Below are positions 52,600-64,000 of a DNA stretch of 64,000 nucleotides, one piece after another (position 1 is the first letter of the stretch; every line of letters starts with the position of its first letter). The stretch is from Octopus sinensis (taxonomy: Eukaryota), in the NCBI RefSeq assembly GCF_006345805.1, contig NC_042998.1, positions 173,910,001-173,974,000 on the forward strand, read 5' to 3'. The notes under the pieces were generated by a model, which saw only the letters and a list, made by a program, of their open reading frames with translations, searched no databases and had not been told where the DNA came from. The translations under genes were made by a program, and so were the position numbers.

Positions 52600-53105
52600 A
52601 GGCACCCGTTGGTCTGGAGAGACCCTGGATCTGCATCTAGAGAATTTGTATCAGCTCCTGAGGGTCGTACAGCGTCTGCTGTGGCAGCGAGTGTATTTGA
52701 AGAAGCGCTTCACCTGCGTTACTAACGTTTCCTTTCTTAGAGTGCACTTTTCTCTCGTGGCAAGTTCCAGTTTCTCTTTCCCTAGCTCCATCCCCTTGCG
52801 TAGTATTTGTCTCCGGCGTTGGTGATCATTTGCGATCCTCACCCATCTCAGAACGTCCATATCTATTGACTTCGGCTCTTGTGCCGGTGGCCAATTCCCT
52901 ATACAGGTGTTGTTTTGGGGTCCTCCCGTCCGGCATGCAATAAACATAACCGAGTCATCACAGATGGCGCTGCTGGTGCAGAGTGAATATGCGGATGTCT
53001 CGGTGCGCTTGAGAATTTCAGTGTTGGTGATTCGGCAGGTCCACTTGATATCCATGATGCGTCTCAGACTGATATATATGCATATATCAGAAGGCGACTG
53101 ACACA
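52600..53105 (-). pseudogene. RTE-clade LINE 3' fragment
   Basis: SLRRIMDIKWTCRITNTEILKRT ... W..IANDHQRRRQILRKG...EK..LRKE. Confidence 0.7.
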
Positions 53106-53974
53106 CATCACAGAAACATACATGCTTAAACTATAAAAACAACATGTCATTGAAGATCTCGTCCTCTTTCACCTCACAGAATATATGAATTTAAATAGAT
53201 GATATACTGAAGAATGTCAAAGGAACAATTAATTTTTTTTCTCTTTCGTTGAGTGGGATGTGTGGGTGACTATGTATCACTGTACATATATAAATAGAGT
53301 ATGAGTCTATGTTCCTGTGTTCTGGTTATAAATATTGTTCTAAGCATCTAAAATTAGTTGTGAAAGGAAATGATGTCAACGAGCGGATGAAGCTGAACTA
53401 CAAGGTATCACATTCAAGCCTGCCTTCGCGAAGCCTTCAATCAAAAAGTTAGTCAGCTTGTATCGATATCGCCTTCCGCCTAATACTTCTTCCTGAAGCA
53501 AAACAAAACTAGTTTTCACAAATTTTACTCTTTTACAAAGATTTGCAATTTGAATTGAATTTTCTGAATCGTTGATTTTTATTTCTTATGAGAATTGTTA
53601 TTTTAGTCTATCAATTAACTCTTTCAGATCAAACCTGAAATGTTTCTTCATACAAAATAATGTGCGGTGAATTAATTATAACGGTATAATGTAAGCCACT
53701 GCAAAGATATACATACGTTACGTTCAGAGTAATCAAAAATAGCAATATCGGGAGTATCCTGTTTTGACGTAACATATCAGCTTGCAAAGTGTATGTGATA
53801 CATGATTGTTTAGAAACTTAAATATCAGGTACCTCAGTTCGAATGTTCTGATTATGATTCAAGCGAAGAGATATGACGGATTTTTAGGGCTAGGCCACAT
53901 TAGGGTTAGGGTTAGGGTTAGAGATACAAAAGCTTGTTCTAAACTCCACCATCATCAAATATGTAAGTGTGATA

Positions 53975-54349
53975 TCTTTATATATAAAAGTGAAGTTGTG
54001 TCTGTCTCCTACGATTTAGATTCCTAACTACTCCCACATTTTGCGGTGCAGTTAAACCAAAACCGGGTATCTTATAGTCGTGATTCATATCGAGCCCCTC
54101 TGGGTATTAGCGCGCGTCTACGATGAGTCTACGATTTTAAAAAAAAATTACCATCATTTTTTTCCATTTTAATGCATTTTTTCGCTATTATATAAGGGAA
54201 GTAACTCTCTAAAAATGTCTACGATGAGTCAACGATTTAAAAAAAAATTTACCATCATTTTTTTGCTATTTTTTGGCTATAACTCTCTAAAAAATGCTTA
54301 TATAGTTATTTCCCTTACAAACCCGAGCAACGCCGGGCGATATTGCTAG
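53975..54349 (+). mobile_element. Non-autonomous Helitron
   Basis: 5' TC start (a|tctttatatataaaag), 3' CTAG|t end, subterminal hairpin cccg-agcaacgc-cggg, A|T insertion site, no TSD. Contains an internal ~50-bp duplication. Confidence 0.9.
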
Positions 54350-55532
54350 TATAATATAGATATCAACAGGTTAAAATCTTTTATTTGTCAAGTTCGCATA
54401 CTTAAACGGGCGCTAAGAAAATACTTTTGTTTTATGTCGAAAACTCTAATATAAAACAATTTTAGGTATGGCCAACGAAAACAGGCAACAAAACTTTTTC
54501 AACTAAAATCGATAAATTTTTTCCCGGCTCCTGAAACAAGTCATACTATGCAATCGCCTGTACAAACAGTTTTAGTAAAGTCATTTCTGTTGTGGTAGTT
54601 TCTACTTCTTTGTTTTGGTCACCAGTGCAACCACCCAACGAGATTTCCAATGGATTTGTCTATCACCAATGAACTTTACTTTACCCAAGCAAGCAAAAGC
54701 TTCTATGAAAGCAATTTATTTCCCTACTTTTGAGTTCATTCAGTTAACTTGCTTAATCTAGTACTGAAGGGACTAAATAAATTTAATACAGAAGCATACA
54801 GGAGCCTCGATATTTAATTATAGGAAATGAGTTCTGTTTGGTAAATGCTGAATTTGTTATGAGAGTCTTCATAAATAAATTAAGTACAAACTATATTTGG
54901 TTCATTACTATGCATCCACACTACATTACGAATTCATTTGATCACGAAACGTTTGGTGACTTATGAGAAATTTATGAATGTTTATTGCTTAGCAGACTAA
55001 ATTTTTCAGTAGTTTAAGTATTAAGAATGTGTTAAAAAAAAACTGCGTCTACAGTTATGTAGTGGTAGAAATATATGGTCTGACAGAGCAAGCGATATAT
55101 ATTTGGAAGAAACCTGTAGCAGCATTAGGAGCACATTATCAAGCACATTTCTTTAAGTCTGAATGTGAAACTACACTAAAATGTATTATTCTGTTTGATG
55201 CAATAAATAACACTAATCAAGTATTAACCAAAAGGGAATAATTTATTTCGTGGATTGATCAACATAGAAGAGTTTGAGAACGAATTGACCAATAACACTA
55301 TCTTAACTTTGAAAGCAACTAGATATACATCATGTACTGCTTACTGTCGGCAAGTTCTTGATAATTATTCAATCCACTTCGAATTATATAGCCATATAAT
55401 TAGATGCCAAGCTCAAATTGAAACATTTGACTTCATTTTTGGATGAAATGCTGATTTTGGACGAAATGCTGTCTCGTATTCGCAGACAATTTACCAAAGT
55501 CCCTGTAAATAAGGAAAAATAATGTCAACAAT

Positions 55533-55714
55533 GCAGGAGTGGCTGTGTGGTAAGTAGCTTGCTTACCAACCACATGGTTCCGGGTTCATTCCCACTGCGT
55601 GGCACGTTGGACAAGTGTCTTCTACTATAGCCTCGAGCCGACCAAAGTCTTGTGAGTGGATTTGGTAGGCGGAAACTGAAAGAAGCCCGTCGTATATGTA
55701 TATATATATATATT

Positions 55715-55802
<88 letters not shown>

Positions 55803-56010
55803 TGTGTATGCTTGTGTGTCTGTGTTTGTCCCCACAACATCGCTTGACAACCGATGCTGGTATGCTTAGTCCCCGTAATTTAGCGGTTCGGCAAAATAGA
55901 CCGATAAAATGAGTACTAGGCTTCCAAAGAATAAGTCCTGGGGTCGATTTGCTCGAATAAAGGCGGTGCTCCAGCATGGCTGCAGTCAAATGACTGAAAC
56001 AAGTAAAAGA
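55533..56010 (+). mobile_element. Full tRNA-derived SINE with an internal (TA)/(TG) microsatellite
   Basis: A box tggctgtgtggtaag, B box gggttcattcc, central domain, internal microsatellite 55693-55800, 3' part shared with 9180-9368. Confidence 0.88.
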
Positions 56011-56899
56011 GTAAAAGAGTAAAATGGAGAGAACGTTGCTAAAATTTCTAAACCATCTTTGAAAGATATGAAAAATGAAAATTCATTTCATAACTTTCAT
56101 TGAGGATATTTTGTTCAAAACAGGGACTTGCTGTTTCGTCTCAGAACCTTTGTTATTGCAGAAGCATAAAAAAGCTCTAGAATCATTGAATGGTACATTT
56201 TCCGAAGAGAACTAGAGGTTCATACAGTGAAAGGTATCTTTTATCAACAAACGCTTTGATGAAGCGCGTTGCAATACATACTCAAGGTTAGAGGCCTCAT
56301 TAATTCTAAAGGCGATCTATAATGAGAACACCGCAACAGAAAAACAACAGTAAAACAGAAAAAAATATGACGATGACATAACTCATCTTTCTCCGTTTGA
56401 CGTTTGCGTAAGAAAGAGATCTGATATAGTCTTAAGTGTAGGTCATCTGAAAAAGAAAACAGCCGATGGCAAGCGCTTGATATCACAGACCGGATATGCA
56501 AAATTTGTTAACTTTTGATGACAAATACAGCAACATCTGTTGCGAGAAGCGATTAAAGATATGTCTTCGGTCAAGAACGAAACAAAGAATATCACAAAGA
56601 ACAGATAAAATGATTCTGAAAGCAGTTTCAGAATTTGCTTCCTAAATGAGAATGGGCACACGTGAGTCAAAACTCTTTTGATTGGTTTGCTGGTAAATTA
56701 ACTTGAATAATTAGTTTGTAATTTTGATTATTTCTCCCATTTAGGATACCATTGCATGATTGATATTTTTTTATAATACATCTCTACAAAGTTTAATCAA
56801 TACCTTCAGAACCAACGAAGCATGAAATTATGGCAGCAGAGAAGTCACGTATATTTTTATGCTTGTGAATATGATTGATGTTTAAATAATTTTACTCTA

Positions 56900-57115
56900 A
56901 AGGTACAAGGCTTGAGATTTGGCGGGGGTGGCCAGGGGTTTATCATTTACATAGACCCAGAGCTCAACAGGTATTTATTTTATAGATCCAAAACGGATGA
57001 ACGGTAAAGTCGACCTCTGCTGAAACCTGAATTTCTCAGAACGTAAAACCGTAAGAAATGCCGTGAAGCATTTCTTTCGGTGTGTTAACACTTCTACTAG
57101 CTCACCGCCTTCCAA
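56900..57115 (-). mobile_element. Degenerate SINE
   Basis: tacaaggc...atagacccag...ttttatagatcc..aacggatgaa.ggtaaagtcgacctc...tcagaacgtaa. Confidence 0.65.
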
Positions 57116-57794
57116 TGTTTTAATAAAAATTGTTTCTTTAAACACGAAAATTTAAGCATGGGTGTTATAAAATGTTTTTACCATTCTCATTGAATGCAAA
57201 CGTTAATTTTATTAGTTCTCCTCTTTCCTAAAAGCAGCTCTGCGGTTTCTGGCAAAAGTGAATATTTATCCAATTATACGAAAGTGATTGTACAACAAAG
57301 CCAAATATCTACAAGTTTTGCAAGTAATATTTAATTTTATAATTCTGTTTCGAAGTGTTTTGCTCGCAGCAAAATTTCTTTTGTTGTACTAAATTAGTGA
57401 GTAGTTTAAAACTATTTTTATTTTGTTATTCAACTGATTAAAAAGAAATAATAGAACATTGAAGACGGGAAATCTAGTCCAACATGCGCAAATGAAGGTG
57501 AAGGCCACAATAAAGACAGGAGAGGGAAAATAGTGTCCAACATGGGCGAAAAATTGTAGAAAGCAGGTTCACGCCAAGGTAAGAAAAAGAGTGAATTTGT
57601 GATTTGCTAATGGTTACTGAATGGTTAATGCGTGCTTTTAAGTGAACATCATGTTCTCCTTATTTCGACAAGGGAAAATTTATAGTACTGAGTGCTAAAC
57701 TTAATCTCGAGATGAGCACCTCTTCTTTATTACCAAAAGATAAAAAAAGGCATTTCGTCGGTTTCAACATATGTGTGTTCCAGTTGATCCGTTA

Positions 57795-57843
57795 CACATT
57801 AATTTCACGATCAATGGAACTTATTGATCGTGAAATTAATGTG
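57795..57843. other. Perfect 21-bp hairpin with a 7-nt loop
   Basis: cacattaatttcacgatcaat-ggaactt-attgatcgtgaaattaatgtg. Confidence 0.85.
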
Positions 57844-60810
57844 CAAGTGGCTGAACACTCCACAGACACACGCACCATTAGCAAATTTTTCAGGGAGATC
57901 CTGTCAGGGGAATGAAAATATAGTGTCTTGTTCAAACTCACGACCTCACGATATTGAACCCGGTATCCTAAGTCATTCGTCTTCACTTTCTTACCAATAG
58001 TCACACAAAGAAATGATTTATTTAAAAGTGAGTAACACTGTACTGACCATTGATTGCCAGTTGCATGTACCAAAGTCAACATCACGTGGTGCCTCCTTTT
58101 TTTTATATGATAATTATCCATATTCACCAACTGATACTTCTTTAATGTAATTCTTAGGATGTTTTGTACATTTTTCGTCTTTCATGCAAAATGCATTGGT
58201 GTTTGAAATAATCAGATGAGCTACAAAATATTTTGTCTTTGTGGGATTTGCAATTTCTGTTGATTCATGAAAATCAATCACATTAAAATTAATTTTGTGC
58301 AAAAGTCAGATTTCAAAATGTCGGTGAGTCAGACTACTTTTTGCCTTCAGGTTGTATACAGGTAGTAATACAGGTGGTTGTATACAGGTGGTCGAAATAT
58401 CTTTGGCTCATGAATAAGCTCCGTCAATTTGAAAACCTCGAAATGTTAAACCTTTGCAACTAGATCATGCCTGTGAGTGTTTAACGTCTTAGAAAAAGTT
58501 CCATTTAATATTGCAAGTAAAATATCAGGATGTTCATATTTACTAACAGAAAGCAGAGTGGTTTCTATTCTCTTATATCACAGGTCACGTGTAAAGTTTG
58601 ATGGGATGTCTATGAGATATTTTCCAGTGTTAACTCATCCTCGTAAATGTATATAGGTTTTTGAACACAGTCGTTTTTTAAGCATTTTGATGTACCACAT
58701 CCTCTCTTAGTATTAGTGGCATATAAATCTTCAAATTCGGGGAAAAAAGATTTTGGAAGTGACGGAGATGCTCAAAGGAATTGCTCCGAATCGTCGATCG
58801 ATAAACCTAATAATTCAAAGAGAATAGAGTCGTTTTGAAGTGATCTCAGCATCTTGAAATTATCCCAGCATCTTGAAACTACCCTAGCCTCTTTTGATGT
58901 AACACATTGGCAGCCATGATTTCTGTCGTAAATACATTATATTGTAAAGAATTGTATACGAATGTTAGGCTACAGTAATCGAACTTCAAAACAATATCCT
59001 GCTTGCCATGATCTTATCTAACCATAATAATTGCCACTTCGTATTCTTAAGTGGGTCTTTTGTACCCATAAGCATCAATTACAGCATAAAAATAGAGTTC
59101 AAATGCATTCTAAAACATACAAAAAGCTCCTGACATATGACCTATTATCAATGAACATTTTCTCACAGCTTCAAAAGGTATAACTTTGAGTTTGTACGGT
59201 TTTTGTTGCGACATCATGATTATATAAGTGTGTGTGCCTGTGTGTGTGTGCGTTCGTGTGTGTGCGTGCGTGCGTGTACGTGCGTGAGTGTGCGTGTTCT
59301 TCTATCAATCTACCTATGCAAACACACGCACTCACTCACTCATTCATACACACACTCACATACACACACACACGCGGCTGAAGAGAACCAAATACTGCGA
59401 TGAAGTTGCTCTTGTTTCACTTGTTCCAAAATGCTGTATTATGAAAAATACAATTCTCATTTGCATCCTCAGAAGCTTTTTTTTTTCTTAAGAAAGTGTT
59501 TTGATTCTTAAAACATGCCGGGAGAAAATTGTTATATATGTTCAGGTAACTCAACGAAAGCTTAATCAAATTTTCTTGCATCACACTCGTCATCTGTTTT
59601 GTACTAAGAGTTCGGCGATACACTTTTTCTCTTCCATGATCCTAATTAGCATAATAATTAAAACACAATACGCTGCTACTGTACTTCATATATTTCCCAC
59701 AGATTTTTAGATCTCGTTTTTGGCTTTCTTTCGCTCTCTTATACATTCCTTTTCCTATTATTCACTTTTTTTAAATGAAATATTTCTTCATCACTTTTTG
59801 TACTATTATTATACTTAGATGTTTTTTCCACCTGTTCTGAAATCTTATTTCTGTTCGCCCATCTTTATTATTTTCTGTACAATCGCTCTCTCATGCTTTT
59901 TCATTTCTTTTTCGTCCTGGTTACTTTTTTCTGCTATAGTCTTCCGACTATGTTCTTTCACTTTTTTTAAATCTCATTATCTTCCTATTTTCACTGTCTT
60001 GCAATGTTTCTTCGTCTCATACATTTCTCTCATTCTTCCGATTGTTTATATACAAGAAGACACAATAGTGATCTATTTATGGCTAGTAGAGGCACTGCAT
60101 TTCGTTTTACAAACATAATATTCTGCCAAGTATATTATAGGTTTATAAGTCAATATCCTGTCCTACATTTTGCATCAGCAGTGCGAGGCAATGACTTTTA
60201 AGCTTATCTCTACAGAAGACTTTTTTTTAGAACTTAGAGCCAATAATGCCTGTTATGATGTTTCGTATTCGAATACGTTTATATAAACAAGGCGTTCGAA
60301 GATAGAATAATAAGTCATGGGTGTACGTCCATATTTCAGAAGTTATTGCTCCTTCTTTCGTACACATCCAACCTATTAATCATCCACAAATTCATTGCTT
60401 AAATACCCACTAAGTTTAGTGGTAGTATACTATGGTTGCAAAAAATATATTGTACCTCTACCAGCAATCGATATGTAGGTAGCAGTTGGCAGGAATGTGT
60501 TTAATGTGTAAATTGCTCTATGCAATAGTATTACGCAATTAAATTTAGTGGCTATTTAAGCAGTGTGTTTATGGATAGTTGTTGAGTTAGCTGCGGCACT
60601 GATAAAGGAGCAATTACTCTTGAAATATATATATACACCTATTACTTATTTCCTATTTTCGATTCTATAGAAAATCTGCAGAGATAACCTTAAGAGTGAC
60701 AATAGCAACCTAGTCAGCATAGTCGGTTTGATGTCTGTATAATACGGCCATGTACCTTTCCGAAGTATGAAAGTGTGTCAAATATACATGTTTGCGTGTG
60801 TTAGCTTACG

Positions 60811-60858
<48 letters not shown>

Positions 60859-60916
60859 ATATATACTTTGATACTTTGATAGGTTTCGGCCATTATTGGC
60901 CCAGGCCATGTCTAAC

Positions 60917-60957
<41 letters not shown>

Positions 60958-61113
60958 GTATGTATATATATGAAGATGATCCGGTTCTTGACTGAAGATT
61001 GAGGGCTTCGAATGTCCCGTCCGTGTTTTTTGTGTCGTCTTCTAAATGTTTCACGTTCTTGTCCCAGTTTGTATATTTTTTTACTTTTACATATATATAT
61101 ATATATGTATATA

Positions 61114-61198
<85 letters not shown>

Positions 61199-61497
61199 GT
61201 AGCGAGAGACAGACAGACAGAGAAATTTACGATTAAAATTCAATGGGCAGCCGAAGAATACAGATACACCACCTCTGATTCTATAATGTGGGAATCGAGT
61301 TTTTCCCGTTATTTTTCTGTTTGTTTTAGAGAACAACAGGTTGTTTACACATTATCCTCACATCTTAAGCTAAGTATTCAATTAAAGAAGTGTAGTTATC
61401 TATATTATACATGTTTCGGGTATTGTGAACGACGAAGTATTCTATTCTAATTTGCACTACACACGCTGATGCACGCACACATGTACTCATACAGACA

Positions 61498-61536
<39 letters not shown>

Positions 61537-61593
61537 ACCACACATACACATACACACACGCACGCACACAAACACACACACACATGCACACAC

Positions 61594-61660
<67 letters not shown>

Positions 61661-61875
61661 ATATATATATATATATTATATATATTATATAAAAGGGCTT
61701 AGTAAAATAAATTACTTTGCCACATACTGAACTCATTAGAAATAGCAGCTAAAAAAATTTTTTTTTAACCATTTCTAATACTTAAAGAAAATCTCTCTCG
61801 GATAGTGTTTGCTTAAACCAACTCACGAAGGTATGGGGGTAAAGACATTAAAAAATCACAAATGCAAAGGTTATT

Positions 61876-61927
61876 TGAGAACGTACGTTTCTAGATTAGT
61901 CAAATCGACATTTCTTTCGTCAGCTCA
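61876..61927 (-). ncRNA. Type I hammerhead motif with canonical core and imperfect stem II
   Basis: UGAG-CUGACGA-A-AGA..GUC-GAUUU-GAC..UCU-A-GAAAC-GUAC-GUU-CUCA. Confidence 0.7.
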
Positions 61928-62044
61928 GAACTCCTTGATTCGGATTTGGGAACACTGAAAGTGGGAGCATACCCTTTTGGCTTCTTATCACCTCCTGAGA
62001 TCCGCTCGAAACTAACAGTGCTGACAAATTCAAAATATGCAAGC

Positions 62045-62092
<48 letters not shown>

Positions 62093-62449
62093 GTATATAT
62101 GTTTGTATACATATATAATAAATCCCGTATGTATACACATAAGAAAACTATTCAAAAGAATAGTATCGCGGTTCTTTTGAAAAACTCACCCTCGGGAAAC
62201 AAATGAATTGTTTGCCAATGTGCTTACAGCAGATTTTGCTTAATGTACTGTATTACGAGTAAGCACCTCAGCATTTATAGACTATTTCGTTACTAAATTG
62301 TGATGCATATAGCTAATTCAAACATATGAATTAGCAAAACAAGATTAAGTTGGTATGAATACTGTTATATTTCATTTAAAACTATTATTGAACATAATAT
62401 ATCTTATTAAGCGTATTTAATTCTTAAAGTGATTTAAAAAGGGAGGAGT

Positions 62450-62880
62450 TTCGGGAGATAAAATATAGCTGCTTCCATCTATTTTCTCCGCCCACTATTC
62501 CTGAGTGTCGTGAGAGTAGGATCTTCAAGCTACTCCTCCACTGGGTCCTATTAGAAGCGACCGTCCTTACCCTTTCCGAAACATGGATATTTTCCAACCA
62601 TCTCGCTCTCGGTATACCCCTAGCTCTTTCACCCGTTGACTTGATTTGAAAAATCTGTTTTGTGATGTTTTCGTGCAACAGTCTAACCACATGTCCGTCG
62701 TACCGGAGCTGTATGACCTCTCAATGCGGAGAATTATCTATCCGAGCTATTCACCCTATCGAATAACTTTCTTCCAAAGATCCGTTTCAAGGATCTTTGG
62801 AGAAACCCCTTTTCTTCCGCTTGTATTCGCAACCGCACTTTTTCGATCGTTACACAGCATTCATAACAATACGTGAGGAC
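62450..62880 (-). pseudogene. RTE-like LINE 3' fragment
   Basis: TKQIFQIKSTGERARGIPRARWLENI...ASNRTQWRS resembles the RTE G.R.RGRP..RW.D...A.DR..WR motif. Confidence 0.6.
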
Positions 62881-63108
62881 AGGCAAGAAAATCGAATTGA
62901 AGATAGTAAGTAAAATATATACAGAAGTAAAGATATTCTTTTAAGGTGCAGAAACCAAAATACTTAGAGGAAACGTACATATCCAAATACTGAAACTGTG
63001 ATACAAGCAAAGAGAAAGAAATTAATTTTTAAAAAATTGCGATGATTCTCAGCTTATAAGATATTAGAGCTGTGCCTTCATAGCTTTGACAATTTTGAAC
63101 CTTATCAA

Positions 63109-63907
63109 AGGCGACGAGCTGGCAGAAACGTTAGCACGCCAGGCGAAACGCTTAGCGATATTTCGTCTGTCGTTACGTTCTGAGTTCAAATTCCGCCGAG
63201 GTCGATTTTGCCTTTCATCCTTTCGGGGTCGATAAATAAAGTACCAGTTTCGCACTGGGGTCTATATAAGCGACTTAATACTTATGTCTGTCCTTGTTTG
63301 TCCCCTCTATGTTTAGCCCCTTTTGGGTAATAAAGAAATAGGTATTTCGTCTGCCGTTACGTTGTGAGTTCAAATTCCGCCGAGGTCGACTTTGCCTTTC
63401 ATCCTTTCGGGGTCAATAAATTAAGTACCAGTTATGCACTGGGGTCGATGTAATCGACTTAATCCCTTTGTCTGTCCTTGTTTGTCCTCTCTGTGTTTAG
63501 CCCATTGTGGGTAGTAAAGAAATAGGTATTTCGTCCGCCGTTACGTTCTGAGTTCAAATTCCGCCGAGGTCGACTTTGCCTTTCATCCTTTCGGGGTCGA
63601 TAAATTAAGTACCAGACGCACTGGGGTCGATCTAACCGACTTAATCCTTGTGTCTGTACTTGTTTGTCCCCTCTATGTTTAGCTCCTTGTGGGCAATAAA
63701 GAAATAAGAAACGTTAGCACGCCGGGCGAATTCCTTAGCGATATTTCGTCTGTCTTTACGTTCTGAGTTCAAATTCCACCGAGGTCGACTTTGCCTTTCA
63801 TCCTTTCGGGGTCGATAAATTAAGTACCAGCTGCGTACTTGGGTCGATCTAATCGACTAGCTCCCTCTCTCCAAAATTCCCGGCCTTTTGCCAAGATTAG
63901 AGAAGAA
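63109..63907 (+). mobile_element. Tandem tetramer of a tRNA-derived SINE
   Basis: B boxes gagttcaaattcc at 63182, 63366, 63550 and 63765 (periods 184, 184, 215). Each unit carries the ggtcgactttgcctttcatcctttcggggtc core. Confidence 0.9.
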
Positions 63908-64000
63908 TTTTGAACCTTGTCATTTGAACACCTCAGGCTTTACGATAGAGTCATTACCAAAGATATTAAGTGGGTTTCCACAATTATGACTTCTTACTTA

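Noticed and set aside
53900-53921. (TTAGGG)3 telomere-like run
   Set aside because: Too short, with no subtelomeric context; it cannot be distinguished from a chance or repeat-derived motif.
56655-56690. Cluster of E-box (CACGTG), AP-1 (TGAGTCA) and reverse CCAAT motifs
   Set aside because: Short motifs with no linked gene or supporting evidence; expected by chance in 64 kb.
60878-61015. HHR-like fragments GGCC-AAUAAU-GGCC-GAAAC (-) and CUGAAGA...CGAAUGUC (+)
   Set aside because: The core is missing in one and the stems do not pair in the other. They are probably relics but cannot be supported as ribozymes.
63109-63907. Regularly spaced repeats resembling a CRISPR array
   Set aside because: The whole 184-bp unit is repeated (no unique spacers), it has Pol III boxes, there are no cas genes, and the context is eukaryotic.

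Overview
This is an AT-rich eukaryotic window with no recognisable host-gene exon, rRNA, true tRNA or CRISPR array. It is saturated with microsatellites ((TA)n, (CATA)n, (GATA)n, (CA)n, (TAA)n, (GAA)n) and transposable elements. The SINE families look like those I recall from octopus or other coleoid cephalopods; this is an inference, not a database result. Contents: (i) a near full-length but disrupted R4/Dong-type non-LTR retrotransposon (RT + CCHC + restriction-like endonuclease, about 37.4-41.4 kb) plus three shorter Dong-like fragments; (ii) several Penelope-like element (PLE) remnants, including an open 356-aa GIY-YIG endonuclease ORF without RT; (iii) Tc1/mariner relics, a non-autonomous Helitron, RTE fragments and many tRNA-derived SINEs. 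The main unexplained signal is RNA structure. By eye I find about 8 well-formed or near-complete type I hammerhead ribozyme (HHR) motifs and several relics. Most sit in short non-coding PLE-LTR-like units that end at microsatellites. Several share a fold-back architecture in which the sequence downstream of the ribozyme is copied, inverted, upstream of it. Some carry a recurrent non-canonical core (A6U) or very long stem II insertions. The HHR-PLE association and inverted pseudo-LTRs are established knowledge; the specific variants here are what deserve testing. All alignments and folds were done by eye, and the coordinates of degenerate elements are approximate. Almost all ORF-track entries are microsatellite or antisense artefacts.
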